In this document: one piece after another, positions 1 to 13,813 of the stretch
Layout: each line of letters opens with the position of its first letter
Numbering within the stretch: position 1 is the stretch's first letter
Origin: Setoptus koraiensis
Lineage: Eukaryota; Animalia; Arthropoda
Direction of reading: 5' to 3'
Assembly: GCA_048013815.1 (NCBI GenBank)
Contig: CM106586.1
Coordinates: 15,500,001 to 15,564,000, forward strand
Length of the DNA: 64,000 nt
The notes under the pieces: generated by a model
Database searches by the model: none
Seen by the model: only the letters and a program-made list of their open reading frames with translations
Told to the model about the DNA's origin: nothing
Program-made: the position numbers and the translations under genes

Positions 1-841
1 TTTAATCTGCACAGCGCGAGCAGGACTCGTTGGCGTAAGGCTTTGATTCTGCAGTGGTACGCACTCTCTAAACACTGCATACTGTACTGACAAAAGATAA
101 AAGCTGTGCACCATTCTTGGAATTGGTGCCTGGTGCAGAGTGCAGCTAAAGTATGAATTTATGGTGCACAGTAAAAAATCAAAGCGCAACAAACAAGAAT
201 CATTATCAATAGGCAAAGTTGTTGTCGTGATGATGAGTTTGTCATCACTAAAATTTATTATTGTATCGAATAACATCGTCTCATGCTAACAAATTGTCTT
301 GCAAATATTACTATCATCTGATCACTATTGGTTAGCGTCTATGATTCTCATCATTGTTAGTTATTATGAATCATCCATTAGAACTATAATAAGAAAGAAA
401 GTATCATATTTGTGATCAAATGACTGAAATCAATTCTACTTACACCCTATAATAGTCAATAGGATACCGATCAATCACAGAGATAGCACCAAACACATAT
501 CAACCAACTGGCCAAAAGGTTTTATTCGTATACATCCGTTTATCAACGATTTACTATTATTTATAAATTAAATTGATCCGCTCATTTTCAACGCTTCCAG
601 CAGTAGATGCACCCGCTTGCATCCGTCAAATGAACTCAATTAATATTATTAGACTTGCTACAAAAATACAATAATATAAATCCTCATAACAATTTGCCCA
701 TAAAATATATTACTGTAACCGATATTGTATCAAGCTGAAGAGCATCAGCTCAGCTTCAATAGTATTACATTGGTACCTGAGAACAAAACACACACGACAG
801 AGTGAATAGTCTAGGAACATTCGAGGTTTATTGGTAAAGTC

Positions 842-1330
842 ATGTCAATGTTAGAAAACATATTTGTAAACGTTTTCGGTCGCTCAAAGTCGTCCAAGAA
901 CTCAAAAAATCGAGCTCAGAACAACCAACAAAATACCAACCAATCTAATGTAGCTGATATGACGGGGCCCTTCTCTGGGCCTAGTATGCCTCAACCTCCG
1001 ACGCTTCCCTATCCACCACCAGCGCCATATCCAGCCTCCTCATTTTATCCCCAGTTACCTTTTAGCCAACACACCGATGATGCCTCAGCTTTAAATGATC
1101 CCGCTAACAACTATCAAAAGGGATTTATGCCCAACAGCCACGTAGCACCTCTAGATTCAGTGCCATTCGAAACTAATCTAACCTTAGGTAGTTCCTCAAA
1201 TCTGACCAGCTTGGACAACTTATTCAAGGATATTAAACGATCTGCAGATGTTGTCGATCAAGTGGATAGCTATCTGAAGTCGAATGAGAGCGAATACGAT
1301 TTCAGAGTCGAAAGAGGCTTCCTTTTATGA
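842..1330 (+). CDS. UMA (UBAP1-MVB12-associated) domain protein, UMAD1/Mvb12-like
   Basis: 162-aa single ORF; Pro-rich middle; C-terminal 'PLDSVPF...EYDFRVERGFL' resembles the UMA signature (LDGVPF...YDFSLER). Confidence 0.65.
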   Translation: MSMLENIFVNVFGRSKSSKNSKNRAQNNQQNTNQSNVADMTGPFSGPSMPQPPTLPYPPPAPYPASSFYPQLPFSQHTDDASALNDPANNYQKGFMPNSHVAPLDSVPFETNLTLGSSSNLTSLDNLFKDIKRSADVVDQVDSYLKSNESEYDFRVERGFLL

Positions 1331-1571
1331 GTGAGCTATGCATCTTATCTATTAGTTCACTACTACGTTGAATTGCAACTATCATAACTATCAACTTTAC
1401 TCAATGTACTAGAAGTCATCAAGGGCCTTACTATGAGTTTAACATATTTGCTTCAAGCATGTATCATGACCACCAGAAAGGTAAATCAGGTTGCATCATA
1501 TAACCGTTATAACCGGAATTCTAAATACTGAATTAATCGGTCGGTACAAATAAAAAGTGTAAATTAGGACA

Positions 1572-3404
1572 TTATTTATTATGAAAGTTGGTTTCCAAGT
1601 GGTACACTGTTTTGAGCTTTTCATCGATGTCGTCTGGACAATCGGTCATCACATCTCGACCAGTGGAAGACTTTGGGAAAGCGATAACCTCCCTTATTGT
1701 AGATCTTCCAAGTAGCAATGAAACTAATCTATCCATCCCGATTGCTATACCACCGTGAGGAGGACACCCTGAGTGCAGAGCATCAATGAAATAACCAAAT
1801 ACATTTTGTTTCACGTTTAGGATCTTCTCGAAAACGTATTTTTGAATTTCGTGATCATGGATACGTATGGAGCCACCAGCAATCTCCTGTCCATTCAAAA
1901 CAAGATCAAAATGTTGACCAACTACTTGAGTTGGGTCCGACAATAGGAGATGTTTAGTTGACTCACTTGGAGCAGTGAATGGATGATGACTTGATTCTAA
2001 ACTTCCATCATCATTCTTTGTAAATAAAGGGAAGTTTACAATCCACAAGAATCTGCACGGTTCGTGGTAAACTTTTTCGCCCAGCAAGTGAAGCTTTCTC
2101 GCACTATTCACTCTTAGCCTACCTAGCACCGAACAAACGTTTGTTTTTGAACCTCTTGCCGTGAATACAGTAAATTCAGATGGATCTGATCCATCGAGTT
2201 TCCGGCAAATACTATCGGGGTTCTCTTTGGACGATATAGTAGATAGAGTGCAGTTAGAGTTGGTTCTTTCCATAAAAGTCAACGCTTCTTGAATTAATTC
2301 ATCACGAACTGTGTCTTCAATAGCGAAAGGCACGATTAATCTATAGGATACATCATTAGTTGAATCTTTAGAAAAAGTTTCTTGATTTGTTATTTCCTGC
2401 AAATGCCACTCGAACCGGGTGTCTGGTTTATCGGTTCCGTACATGTTGAAGGCTTCTGAAAATGACATCCTATCGAGTTTACCTTCAATAAATGGATCAA
2501 CGTTGGCGAAGCTAGAATTATTCGCTTGCACGAATGGCCAGATATGTTTTAAAAGAGATTCCACAAGACTCATTACACCATCTTGTGAAGTGAAGGACAT
2601 CTCAATATCTAATTGAGTGAATTCAGGTTGACGATCAGGGCGAGTTGACTCGTCTCTATAACAGCGACATATCTGGAAGTATCTATCAGTTTGTCCAATC
2701 ATCAGTAGTTGTTTCAGCTGCTGCGGGGATTGTACCAGGCTGTAAAACTTTCCAGGCGTCCTCGTAGGAACTATGAATTCATTTGCGCCTCCGGGAGTAC
2801 CTTTGAAGAGTGTTGGAGTTTCACATTCAACAAACGCGAAGTCATTAATCAGCTTGTTTCTGAATAGCTGATTCAGTTTGGATCTGAACCTCAAAGTTGA
2901 TTGCATTTCATTTGATCGGAGATCTAGGTAACGATATTTCAATTTGAGGTTCTCATTTGTTGTCTGGTCATCTCTAGATAGTATTGGTAGATCCGTCTTG
3001 GCAGCACTCACTATTTCTATATCATCCGCTATTACTTCGATGTCTCCTGTTGTGCATCGAGCATCTGTTTGACTTGGAGGTCTAGGTTTGACCGTTCCGA
3101 CTATTTTCACAACTGATTCGTTTGTTAGAGTTTTTCTTATTGACTTTGGGATTGTTTTCGGCAGTATAACTTGAGTAGTTCCATAGCAATCCTGCAAAAT
3201 CAAAAATGTATTTTGAAGTCGTTTATATTTGATCCATCCATACAGCATAACTTTTGATCCAACTTGTTGTGAGGTTAGCTGCCCACAATTGTGACTCCGT
3301 AAGGTGAATGCATTCGATGAGAATCCCCTGATATTCGTTAAGATGAAAGGATTCAACTTTGACGTCAAGCTTGAAAATATCGAGGCCATGGTTTTGTTGA
3401 TCAT
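1572..3404 (-). CDS. DARS2: Mitochondrial aspartyl-tRNA synthetase, intronless
   Basis: RSHNCGQL OB-fold start, LKYRYLDLR, YFQICRCYRDE..R.DRQPEFTQLDIEMSF, PPHGGIAIGMDR, IAFPK; N-terminal presequence-like segment. Confidence 0.97.
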   Translation of the reverse strand: MINKTMASIFSSLTSKLNPFILTNIRGFSSNAFTLRSHNCGQLTSQQVGSKVMLYGWIKYKRLQNTFLILQDCYGTTQVILPKTIPKSIRKTLTNESVVKIVGTVKPRPPSQTDARCTTGDIEVIADDIEIVSAAKTDLPILSRDDQTTNENLKLKYRYLDLRSNEMQSTLRFRSKLNQLFRNKLINDFAFVECETPTLFKGTPGGANEFIVPTRTPGKFYSLVQSPQQLKQLLMIGQTDRYFQICRCYRDESTRPDRQPEFTQLDIEMSFTSQDGVMSLVESLLKHIWPFVQANNSSFANVDPFIEGKLDRMSFSEAFNMYGTDKPDTRFEWHLQEITNQETFSKDSTNDVSYRLIVPFAIEDTVRDELIQEALTFMERTNSNCTLSTISSKENPDSICRKLDGSDPSEFTVFTARGSKTNVCSVLGRLRVNSARKLHLLGEKVYHEPCRFLWIVNFPLFTKNDDGSLESSHHPFTAPSESTKHLLLSDPTQVVGQHFDLVLNGQEIAGGSIRIHDHEIQKYVFEKILNVKQNVFGYFIDALHSGCPPHGGIAIGMDRLVSLLLGRSTIREVIAFPKSSTGRDVMTDCPDDIDEKLKTVYHLETNFHNK

Positions 3405-4371
3405 GATTGGGACAGAAAGGTCATGTTTTCTTCCTTTTAGAGTACAACGTAGCGTGATGGATGATTCATGAATCCATAAACAAAAACAAAGACTAGTGTG
3501 AAGATCTAACTTGAACAGCTGATAATGAAACCACCTGGATTGTCACGCTTTTTGGGAGAATTTCACATTGAAAATGAGCCGCAACTGTAGCCCCTGAGGC
3601 CAACTTGCTTGTTATGATTCACGTAGCGAGTTGGAGGAGAGTCCTACCGGAGGTTACCGGCCACGAGAATTCATTTAAATTCAGTTTCCATCGCAAATCA
3701 ACCTAACAACCTTTGTTGAAGTACAGCTGCAAGCTGAGTCCAAAGACTCGATATTATACGACAAAATATTATAAGGCAAAGTATCTGAATCTAATATGTT
3801 CTCAGCAGCTATTCGTATTTGTTTTTAATTGAATCTATGTAGCATCCCCTCTTGAAGATTATTTAGATCTTTTAACAGTAGTGTAAGACAGTTACTCTCA
3901 CTTTTTAGCCAATCTTGTCAGTTCCTCTGAGGCTTTCTCAACTGACACCGGCCTCGTCGGCCTGTAGTCAAAAAGAGAGATTGCACAACAGACCCTGTAG
4001 GCAAAGAGAGACTCGCGGATACAAAGTTGGACAAATTTTGCTCAAAATATTGTAAATTTATTAAATCAGTGTTCATGTTTATCGTCTAATAGAAATTTTG
4101 ATCGTTATACTGTAGCAGTCTAAGTCTGGGGAAGGGATCTGATGAAATTTACAACAAATCTATGCTATTCAGGGGGTACAACAGGTATGAATATATTTAT
4201 AGCTATAGGTTTAATAGAAATTATTTATATTAAAGTTACGCTTCAGGTAACGTATTAGTAGCAACAATTCTTTACATAATTGATTTAGAAGGGAGGGCCT
4301 AGTTATATTATTAATTATACTGTTTTCCTAGACTCAATGTTGGTAGATTTACTAGTGCAGTCATGATAAAA

Positions 4372-6474
4372 TTATCTATCGTAGAGGTCGTCATCAAAGT
4401 CCAAAACAAGAAGATGGGTATCTTCTGTATCTGCAGTCCGAGAACCAACAGCGCACACCAATTTAGTATTAGAGGCTCTGATTCTCCAAACGACTCCGCC
4501 TTTGCCTGCCGTTGGTAAGACGATCAGGTTCCTTATAAATTCTCCAGATTTTATGTCCCACAACTTAACAGTTCCATCATCACTTGATGTTACAACGAAG
4601 CGCGAGTTGAAATAGACAGATGTGATGGCACTGACATGCTTGTCTGTGCCTTCAAGTGTTCTCAAACATTTTCCAGTAGAAATGTCCCATATCTTGCAAT
4701 ATGAATCAGCATTAGCAGAAACCAATATGTTTGATTTGAGCTGCATCTTACTGGTCAGGCTTGTGTGTCCGGTTAGTTTGTGCTTAAGCATCCCTGTTTT
4801 AGCCGACCAGATACATATAGAAGTATCAAGAGATCCACTGGCAATAACAGTTCCATCAAATTGCAAGGAATAGATGCGGTTCTCATGGGCCTCGAGAGAG
4901 TGTATACATAATCCAGTTTTCGCGTTCCATACCTTCACTAGGTTATCATAGGCGCCACTAACTATCATGTCGTCTTTATATTCGACACAACGAACCGCAG
5001 CACCGTGGCCAGTGAATATATGTTTGCATTCGTAAGATTTAATGTTCCATAATCTCAAGGTTGCATCACGAGATCCAGAGACTACAAGGTTACCATTTAG
5101 TGCTAAACAACGGACAGTAGATGTGTGACCAAAGAAAGTATATTTAGATTCACCGGTGAGAGCGTCCCATACACGGATGGTCCTATCGGTTGATCCACTT
5201 ATAATGGTATTATCGGGGGATAATTGGGAAGACCAAACTCCACCTGCATGACCCTTCAGGGTTCTTGAACATTTTCCATTACTGGCGGACCAGACCTTCA
5301 AAGTGAAATCATCACTACCGCTGACTATCAAGTCAGAGAGTGGATTATATTGTAGGCAGGTTATTACATGCTCTTCATGGCAGCGAAGCCGCATTATATG
5401 ACTTTGTCGCGTTGAATTTGTAGGGGCCGGACCCTTTTTAGATTCCGAAGATGATGAAGGAGATTGGGGGTCAGCGTTACGCGCATCCACCGCCAAGGAA
5501 GATGGAGATGGCGATGCATCCGATGATGATTTGTTTTGACCGGGCGCTCCTGATGAGGAGGACGATGTAGGTGGTGGAGATAACCGTCCATCGTTAGTTT
5601 GATTCATGTCAAAATTTCGATTTCGCCAGTTTCGAACAATGGACATCTGCCTCAGGTACGCCGCTTTATGTTCAGACCTCTGGAAGTTACTTTCGCTTGT
5701 GATATTGTAACGTTTGTTATTGAGGGTCCGATGGATGCGTTTCTTAAATAAATCATTGAATGTTTCCTCATGATTTAGTAAACCATCTTCTCGACATTTT
5801 TCTCTCCATATTCTATTATCTTCGCATACAATCCTATAATATCGACATGTTTGAGCGGCTAGGCATAAGTCTCTAGGTTGTAGAAAACTCATAATATACA
5901 GTGCTATTTCATAAGGTACATTACGAACAATATCGAATCTCAACCTCTTATCTAAAGAATCTCTTAATTGTCTCAATCCTTCAAAATCTAACATTTGGCT
6001 TGATATTAATAAATCTAATGCCGCTGAGCGTGTGTCTGGATCCCAACTAGAGAATTTATCTGACCATTCCCTGAGAGCAGTACTTTCTTTTTCTGTATCT
6101 TTTTTCACATCGGACACATCAGAGACATCAGAATCATTCAGATCAGTGGAAGTAGATGGTGAGATCTGATTGACGGACCGGCCATCGTCGCGACGTAATT
6201 TCTTTCTAGGTGGACAACGAGATTTTGCGTGACGAACAATAGTAACAGTTGAGCCATTTGATATTATTTGATCCCTAAGATATTCCTTGCCTGTATTCTT
6301 ATCTAGCAATCTGAAATCGGTGGTAAAATCTAAATATTTTATATCGTAACGTTGCATAATACTATGCATTAATGAATCACAGCGTATATTTGCTGTTGAA
6401 AATGTAATAACATCAGGTTCTGATAGGTCAACATCTGGCAGCACTCCGACGTCTATTATGCATCGGATAGACAT
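4372..6474 (-). CDS. FBXW7: FBXW7/archipelago-family F-box WD40 protein with an N-terminal DWNN-like ubiquitin-fold domain
   Basis: D-domain ([11 protein letters not shown]...ALDLLI), F-box ([33 protein letters not shown]), WD40 repeats with the three phosphodegron arginines (STVRC, SRDATLR, AAVRCV). Confidence 0.93.
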   Translation of the reverse strand: MSIRCIIDVGVLPDVDLSEPDVITFSTANIRCDSLMHSIMQRYDIKYLDFTTDFRLLDKNTGKEYLRDQIISNGSTVTIVRHAKSRCPPRKKLRRDDGRSVNQISPSTSTDLNDSDVSDVSDVKKDTEKESTALREWSDKFSSWDPDTRSAALDLLISSQMLDFEGLRQLRDSLDKRLRFDIVRNVPYEIALYIMSFLQPRDLCLAAQTCRYYRIVCEDNRIWREKCREDGLLNHEETFNDLFKKRIHRTLNNKRYNITSESNFQRSEHKAAYLRQMSIVRNWRNRNFDMNQTNDGRLSPPPTSSSSSGAPGQNKSSSDASPSPSSLAVDARNADPQSPSSSSESKKGPAPTNSTRQSHIMRLRCHEEHVITCLQYNPLSDLIVSGSDDFTLKVWSASNGKCSRTLKGHAGGVWSSQLSPDNTIISGSTDRTIRVWDALTGESKYTFFGHTSTVRCLALNGNLVVSGSRDATLRLWNIKSYECKHIFTGHGAAVRCVEYKDDMIVSGAYDNLVKVWNAKTGLCIHSLEAHENRIYSLQFDGTVIASGSLDTSICIWSAKTGMLKHKLTGHTSLTSKMQLKSNILVSANADSYCKIWDISTGKCLRTLEGTDKHVSAITSVYFNSRFVVTSSDDGTVKLWDIKSGEFIRNLIVLPTAGKGGVVWRIRASNTKLVCAVGSRTADTEDTHLLVLDFDDDLYDR

Positions 6475-7541
6475 TTTTCTAATAAGCTGGATTCAATGTC
6501 CAGAAATTCCCCTGGTAGGCATTCAGCGTCAACACATACAATTTCTTATTGATAATTGATAGACAGATCCTAAATCATCTATGCTGCTCCTTGTGTAAGC
6601 TTAGGTTTTAATAGTAATTACAATGATAGTAATAATAATAATGGTAATAATATAATTATAATAATAATTTGCAGAGATAATTCGCAGTAAATATTTTTAA
6701 TTTTGCACTACACGGAAAAAAAATAGCAAACAACCGAGTATTCATTCGTTTGTATTGGCATCTGAATGGTCAAACCGTCATTCGTGGTTCAACTCTATCA
6801 AGAGCGACAGCACAAAAGGTTCATTTTCTCAAACTCGAACACACCCACCAATGCATTGAATATGCTGCTTGTTGTGAAGAGCGACATCTGGTGAACATTG
6901 AATTGAGTTGCCGCAATTTTACTAATGCAGCGGGTACTGAGCCCCAGTTTGACTGAACCACCTCACTTTCTCTATGCTTACCAATCTTACACGCCGAGCC
7001 TATAGATTAATGGCTGGCATATGTCTAGGTAATTGCTATTATTAGTAACATTAGAAGCATTTTCGATATATCTCACAATCCTAGTTATTAAATAAAAACG
7101 TTGATATATTTTGATAGATCCCAGATGTCCGTTCATCATGCGCTCTTGCATTAGTTGTAACACAGAAATTACAGCACCAATGTTCCTGTTTTGTTAGAGA
7201 GATGAGCGTGCATCAGTAGTACAAGCTCGCTCAATAGTAGAATTAGTTGCCATTTGCGACATTGATACGTTTTCACAATTTTAGATAAGACAATACGACA
7301 TGACGATGATTCTCTGAACTTGACAATTTCAGCCCACCACCTAATTGGGGAACCATAGTTTTATTTATTATAACAAGACATTAGTACCTACAAGAACCAC
7401 AATGGGTTTTCCATTGAAACGAATTCAATATCTTCGATAGAAGTCAATAGGTAACCCCGCTCAATCAGTTACATTAGTCATTTTTGTTCATTAAAGTCAA
7501 ATACAATTTGGAGGCCTCGCCAAGTATATGACCCAGCCAAC

Positions 7542-9932
7542 ATGGAGCAACAACTATCTGATGATGAGTTAGAGGTAAGTAGATTCACATCTAGTAACAG
7601 AACATAAAATATTACATAATGGAATTCACTCATCATGAAGTATGTCATTTCATAATAACAACTCGTCTTTTTCTCCAGAGCTTAAAAATGTTCATGCATG
7701 TAGTCAATAATGAGATTCGTGGAACCAATAGTGGCAACATAATGTCACAAAGGAACGCACTCAAATTTCTCGTGGCAAGGAAGTTCAACATTCAAAGGTT
7801 AGACTATGCCCAGCAATATAGATATCTATATTTATACATAACCCTAATAACTAACTTTGTATAAATTGTCTGTCTTGTTACGAGAAGAGCACTTCAACTG
7901 TACCAGCTCCATGAAATAACAAGGTTGAAAGAAGGGCTAGTATCTCTAGATCCTTCTAGAGAACCATTAAAAGCGGAGTTATATTCCTCAAAGTTCACTG
8001 TACTATCAACCAGAGATCATCAAGGATCCGCAATTGCCATATTTACAGCTAAACTTCATGCCACACCAGGAAATAAGAACCGTAATACCGCCCTTAGAGA
8101 CAATAATCATAAGACTACCCTTCAAGGTATTGTTTATCAATTAGATATAGCGCTGGAAACCATCGAAACCCAAAGATCCGGAATTGTTTTTATCTACAAT
8201 ATGAGTGGATCGGAATATTCGAATTTCGATTATGACCTCTGTCAGAAAATACTCAACTTACTCAAAGGTGCCTATCCGGCTAAGTTGAAAAAAGTACTCA
8301 TAGTTTCTCCACCGTTATGGTTTAGAGCTCCGTTCCATCTGTTACGCCTGATAGTTCGTGAAAAGCTGCGTGACAGAGTTTGGATGCTAAGTACAAGTCA
8401 ACTAGTCAATCATATACCATCTGAGGCACTTCCTCTCGAATTAGGCGGCACTTTGATACATAACCACCAAGAATGGATAGAAGAATGCAAAAGAATATCC
8501 TCGGATAGATTCGAAGACCTTTGTCACATCGCATCAGCTGAAAATTTGTCCAAGATATCATTTAAACAAAATAATGGAATTTCATCTAATCAATCGATCG
8601 GGCATTCTTCCTCCGACTTTCCATTATCGGAAGAAGTGAAAGAGAGCATTATATCTTGCACCAATTCAAACTCTTTAAATCTAACGCAAGAATGTAATCG
8701 TTTGAATATAAACACCATCGAAAGAATGCCATCGTGTAAAGTACTTTCCGAAAGGACAGAGCCTTACGACTATGATGCTAATGGTATGTCGCTTGAGCAA
8801 TTTATCCACCATATAAAGGCCAAAGGAAAGAAGGGTCTACTAGATGAATACATTCATATCAAACAAAATGATGCTATTGGGTCGTTCGAGGTTGCGCGAA
8901 ACAAGTTCAACATTCATAAGAATCGATATTGTGATGTACTTTGTTATGATCATTCCAGGGTCAAGTTGGAACCTTACGACACTAATCCACGTGATGAAAA
9001 GTCTAGCGAATCAAATGACTATATCAACGCTAATTATGTTGATGGATACCGGCAACCTAAAGCTTTCATTTCAACACAAGGACCTCTAGAGAAGACATTT
9101 TCCGATTTTTGGGCAATGATATGGCAAACAAATAGTCGAGTCATAGTTATGGTCACGCGTGCAATTGAACGAGATAGGCTCAAATGCGATCAGTTAGTAT
9201 AACCTTTCTTACATTGATCATTCTTATTTCGATATACCTTTCGACCTCAGTATTTTAATAGTTTATATTCCCGTATCCTGTCTGATGTAACCGATATAGG
9301 TACTGGCCGTTACCTAATAAGAAAGTGATCGTGTGTGGCATTTTTACGATCTCTCTTCTGAGACAAGACAGCTACGACGATTATAATATTTCGCAATTAA
9401 GTGTAACTAACACAGACATAAACCAAAGTCGCGATATATGGCACTTTCAGTACACGTCATGGCCTGATTATGGTGCCCCTTTATCTGCGTGTGCTCTGCT
9501 TGATTTTCGCGATCAAGTCAATAGGAAACAATCGGAAGCGTTGACAGCATGTCTGCCCAATTATCCTCCAATAGTTGTACACTGCAGGTAATAGGGATTT
9601 CCACATAATTGAATCCTGAATCAAGTTTTCTCACTAGGTTGCTAACTTTTGACTATCTGTTTATTGCCCTATCTATCATTCAAATCAGCGCTGGAATTGG
9701 AAGATCACCCACCTATATAACACTGGACATTTGTATACAACGATTAGAAACTACTGGACTTATCGAAGTTAAAGATGTCGTCGAGAAACTGCGCGAGCAG
9801 CGTTGCATGAGTATTCAGATGCCTGATCAATATGTATTTTGTCATACTTCTCTTCTCGAATATGCGCTCAGTCGAGGTCTACTTCAGGACATTGATCTAC
9901 CTGGTTTTGATGATGAAGATGACAACTATTAA
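7542..9932 (+). CDS. PTPN9: CRAL-TRIO/Sec14 + protein tyrosine phosphatase (PTP-MEG2), multi-exon
   Basis: Exon 1 [11 protein letters not shown] (7542-7574, GTAAGT donor); exon from 7679 with KFLVARKFN; Sec14 domain; KNRY, WPDYG, HC/SAGIGR split by an intron, and QMPDQY motifs all intact. Confidence 0.93.
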
Positions 9933-9961
9933 ATTATGATATTAAAATTTTTCATATCTCT

Positions 9962-10205
9962 CATGTTAAAAACAATTCCGGATCTTTGGTTTTCAATGCT
10001 ATGCCTAACTCTTCTTCAATGCTGCAATATGTCTAATCGATAAACAACACCTTGAAGGGTAGTCTTATGATTATTGTCTCTAAAGGCGGTATCACGGTTC
10101 TTATTTCCATGAAGTTTAGCTGTAAACATGTCAATTCGGATTTTTGATGATCTCTCGTTGAACTCTGATGAATTTAACTCCGCTATCAGCGGCTCTCTAT
10201 GGTCC
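9962..10205 (-). pseudogene. Inverted, decayed partial copy of the PTPN9 Sec14 exon
   Basis: Reverse complement aligns to ~7955-8190 (e.g. TTTACAGCTAAACTTCAT, AATAATCATAAGACTACCCTTCAAGG, CAAAGATCCGGAATTGTTTTTA), with 11-, 1- and 9-nt deletions and one insertion. Confidence 0.9.
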
Positions 10206-10460
10206 CGCAGATAACCATCGCTCATAGTCGCTGCTACTCGCTGGCGCAAAGAAAGCAGAGCAGCGCCGCCCTGACGGGTATTTTTATAATACTGTGTGTG
10301 TCGAAGGCACTTTTAGAATCTTTCAACTGGGCAACAATGATAGCCCACGCGCCATAATTGTTTTTGTTTACAGCGAGATAGACCATCATTCTCCCTGACA
10401 ATTTCCATTTTAAATTCAAAAAAAAAACATCTCTCATCTGACAGTTTTCATTTGATCATC

Positions 10461-10886
10461 ATGGACTCTGACAGACTGGATGACTTCATTGAGGAAGATG
10501 AGGCCGATTTATATAACATGATGGACGAGGCCGAAGAGGAGGAGGAGAACAACAAAGAAGATGAGAACAAGAAAACAAAGAAAATCGATGGAGTGCCAAA
10601 GGGGCCCAGAATAGTTACTAATCCTCGACCAAAACTAGATGCCGATAGATTGCTGGATGAACAACGAGGCCTCCCTGAGCTTCTCAAGATGTTGAGTAGT
10701 TTCACATTCCATCCTGGTCAAGAAGTTGAGGAACTGCGCAAGATGCTCAACGTCTATGAACTGTGGGCTCACAGACTTTTTCCCAAATTTACCTTCGGTG
10801 ATTTTTTAGAGAAATGCGAGGCTCTCGGCAAGAAGAGAGCTATCAAAACTCATCTCAGGAAAGTTCGGTCCGGACAAATCAGTTAA
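10461..10886 (+). CDS. TIPIN: TIPIN/Swi3/Csm3 replication fork protection protein
   Basis: Acidic N-terminus, then PRPKLDADRLL..RGLPEL...YELWAHRLFPKFTFGDFLEKCEALGKK (Swi3 domain). Confidence 0.92.
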   Translation: MDSDRLDDFIEEDEADLYNMMDEAEEEEENNKEDENKKTKKIDGVPKGPRIVTNPRPKLDADRLLDEQRGLPELLKMLSSFTFHPGQEVEELRKMLNVYELWAHRLFPKFTFGDFLEKCEALGKKRAIKTHLRKVRSGQIS

Positions 10887-10976
10887 TACGTTTGAATACG
10901 ATTGAAGTATCACTGTTTTTATTATTTTTATCATTAAACTGAGTTGAGTTGCCGATTTAGCAGCTCACTTTTTCAT

Positions 10977-12247
<1,271 letters not shown>

Positions 12248-12399
12248 TTAGTTTAGCTGTCAAGTTGGTCAAGTATCCGCTGTAAATTCTACTTTCAAAC
12301 AATTAACTGACCTAAAACGGATTGGCTTATGTGCGGTCTGCAAGTTTAATTTTTAGACTGAATACGACGGCGACGTTAGAATTCTATCACTGATATTCA

Positions 12400-12410
12400 A
12401 TGACTCAGCA
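12400..12410. promoter_or_regulatory. Perfect ARE / CncC-Maf consensus (ATGACTCAGCA) ~175 bp upstream of the cathepsin L start codon
   Basis: Exact 11-mer match to the NF-E2/Nrf consensus; function not shown. Confidence 0.35.
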
Positions 12411-13813
12411 TCAGCTTAATTTTAGCTCAGCAGACTAATGTATAATAAGTTTGACAGTCTTGATTGTGGAGATATAATTATATATATGTGTATGCATTCA
12501 GTATTCAATACTACTAAAACTAACTAGCTGGCTACTTGAACTGGCTTGTGCACTCATATATATGGTGCATGAAAATATATTCCCTCTCTCAACGTTTAGA
12601 GTGTTAATACGATCCCTTAGAGTTTGGTGTCTTTACTGCGTGTCTCTCCTGGGAGGCGATAGTTGCGTTTTTTCTTTGTTAAGTTTATTTTCCTTGAATA
12701 TATATGTCTTGATTTTATCGACATTTATTTACACCCACCAATAGGCTCACAATTGTCGGTACTAGCGAGACAACAAAGTTAAACATTAGCAAAAGTAATA
12801 ATTGATATCATTGCTTGATCATCATCATGTGACTTGTTATAGTCTCACAGTGTAAACAGTACCGGCTTTGGTGTTGTTGTTGTTGTTTTCTTTGTTTACT
12901 CTTGCTGTGATTTCTCACAAGAAAGTCAAATTATGGTGCGCGCGAATACATTTATATGAATTGGAGCGCATGCGTAACAGCGACATATGTTACTACATGT
13001 AACCTCCGAAATCTTGCGCCCTAAACAAACTTTTCTGAAGTCTTTTAGCTCAAAATTTTTGGGTCCCCACCAGTATGTTTACCACTATCCCGCAATCACG
13101 ATACCCTAGCTTTTGAAAAAATTCAAGAAAAGCTCATTCTCAGACGAGAGAATCTTTTTATTTTTGCAATTGAGTTTAGCCTACGACAGCATTGAACACG
13201 AGTTGTTGATGGTGATGAATGACAAACACAGTTGGTGATCTTGAGTCATTTGATCAAGTCTAGCGATGAGTGTATTGACACAAACAATTGAGGAAGTAGG
13301 CACCATTATCTTGATCACTCGTCACAATTATTGGAGCACTCTTTCTCTCTCTCGCTCTCTCTCTCCCTCCCATATCGTGATTGGATTCATGAGACGAGTC
13401 CTGCTCGTGTCTATTCAAGTTGCAAGGTAAGCTAAATTAGATAAATTATCTCAAGTTGGATATGAAATGGTTGTTTTCATGCGACAAATCAGCAGACCCA
13501 CAGTGGGTGTGTGTGATAGTTATCATACGATCATTTGAGAACTTTATGGGGTATAATTTATTTTATACAATGATACACACAAATTGTATTAGATAGAGTG
13601 TGTTGGATATTGTTTTGGTGTAGCTGAACCCTTGACCATCGTGCTGAGATCCGAGGCAGAAAAGAAGACTAACAACTGTGGGTTTGTTTCATACATCTCT
13701 TGTTTTTGGAGTGATATATGTATAGTAGTTGTATGTTCATATATATCGAAACACGTTGATTGTAGCAGTACTGTACAAAAAATGATAAGCAACATGGGTT
13801 CATCATTGAGGTG

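Noticed and set aside
50-171. Short inverted repeats (TGCAGTG/CACTGCA; CTGTGCACCAT 104-114 / ATGGTGCACAG 161-171)
   Set aside because: Stems are only 7-11 bp with no TSD or second copy; the window edge prevents assessing a MITE.
3530-4090. Protein-like + strand frame with several stops between DARS2 and FBXW7
   Set aside because: No recognisable family motif; cannot be told apart from random intergenic sequence without a search.
7619-7678. Alternative PTPN9 first exon MEFTHHE|GTATGT
   Set aside because: It would need a 39-nt intron, much shorter than others here; the 7542 exon with a GTAAGT donor fits better.
13040-13075. Sm-site-like AATTTTTGG
   Set aside because: No U1/U2/U4/U5 conserved sequences or flanking stem-loops recognised.
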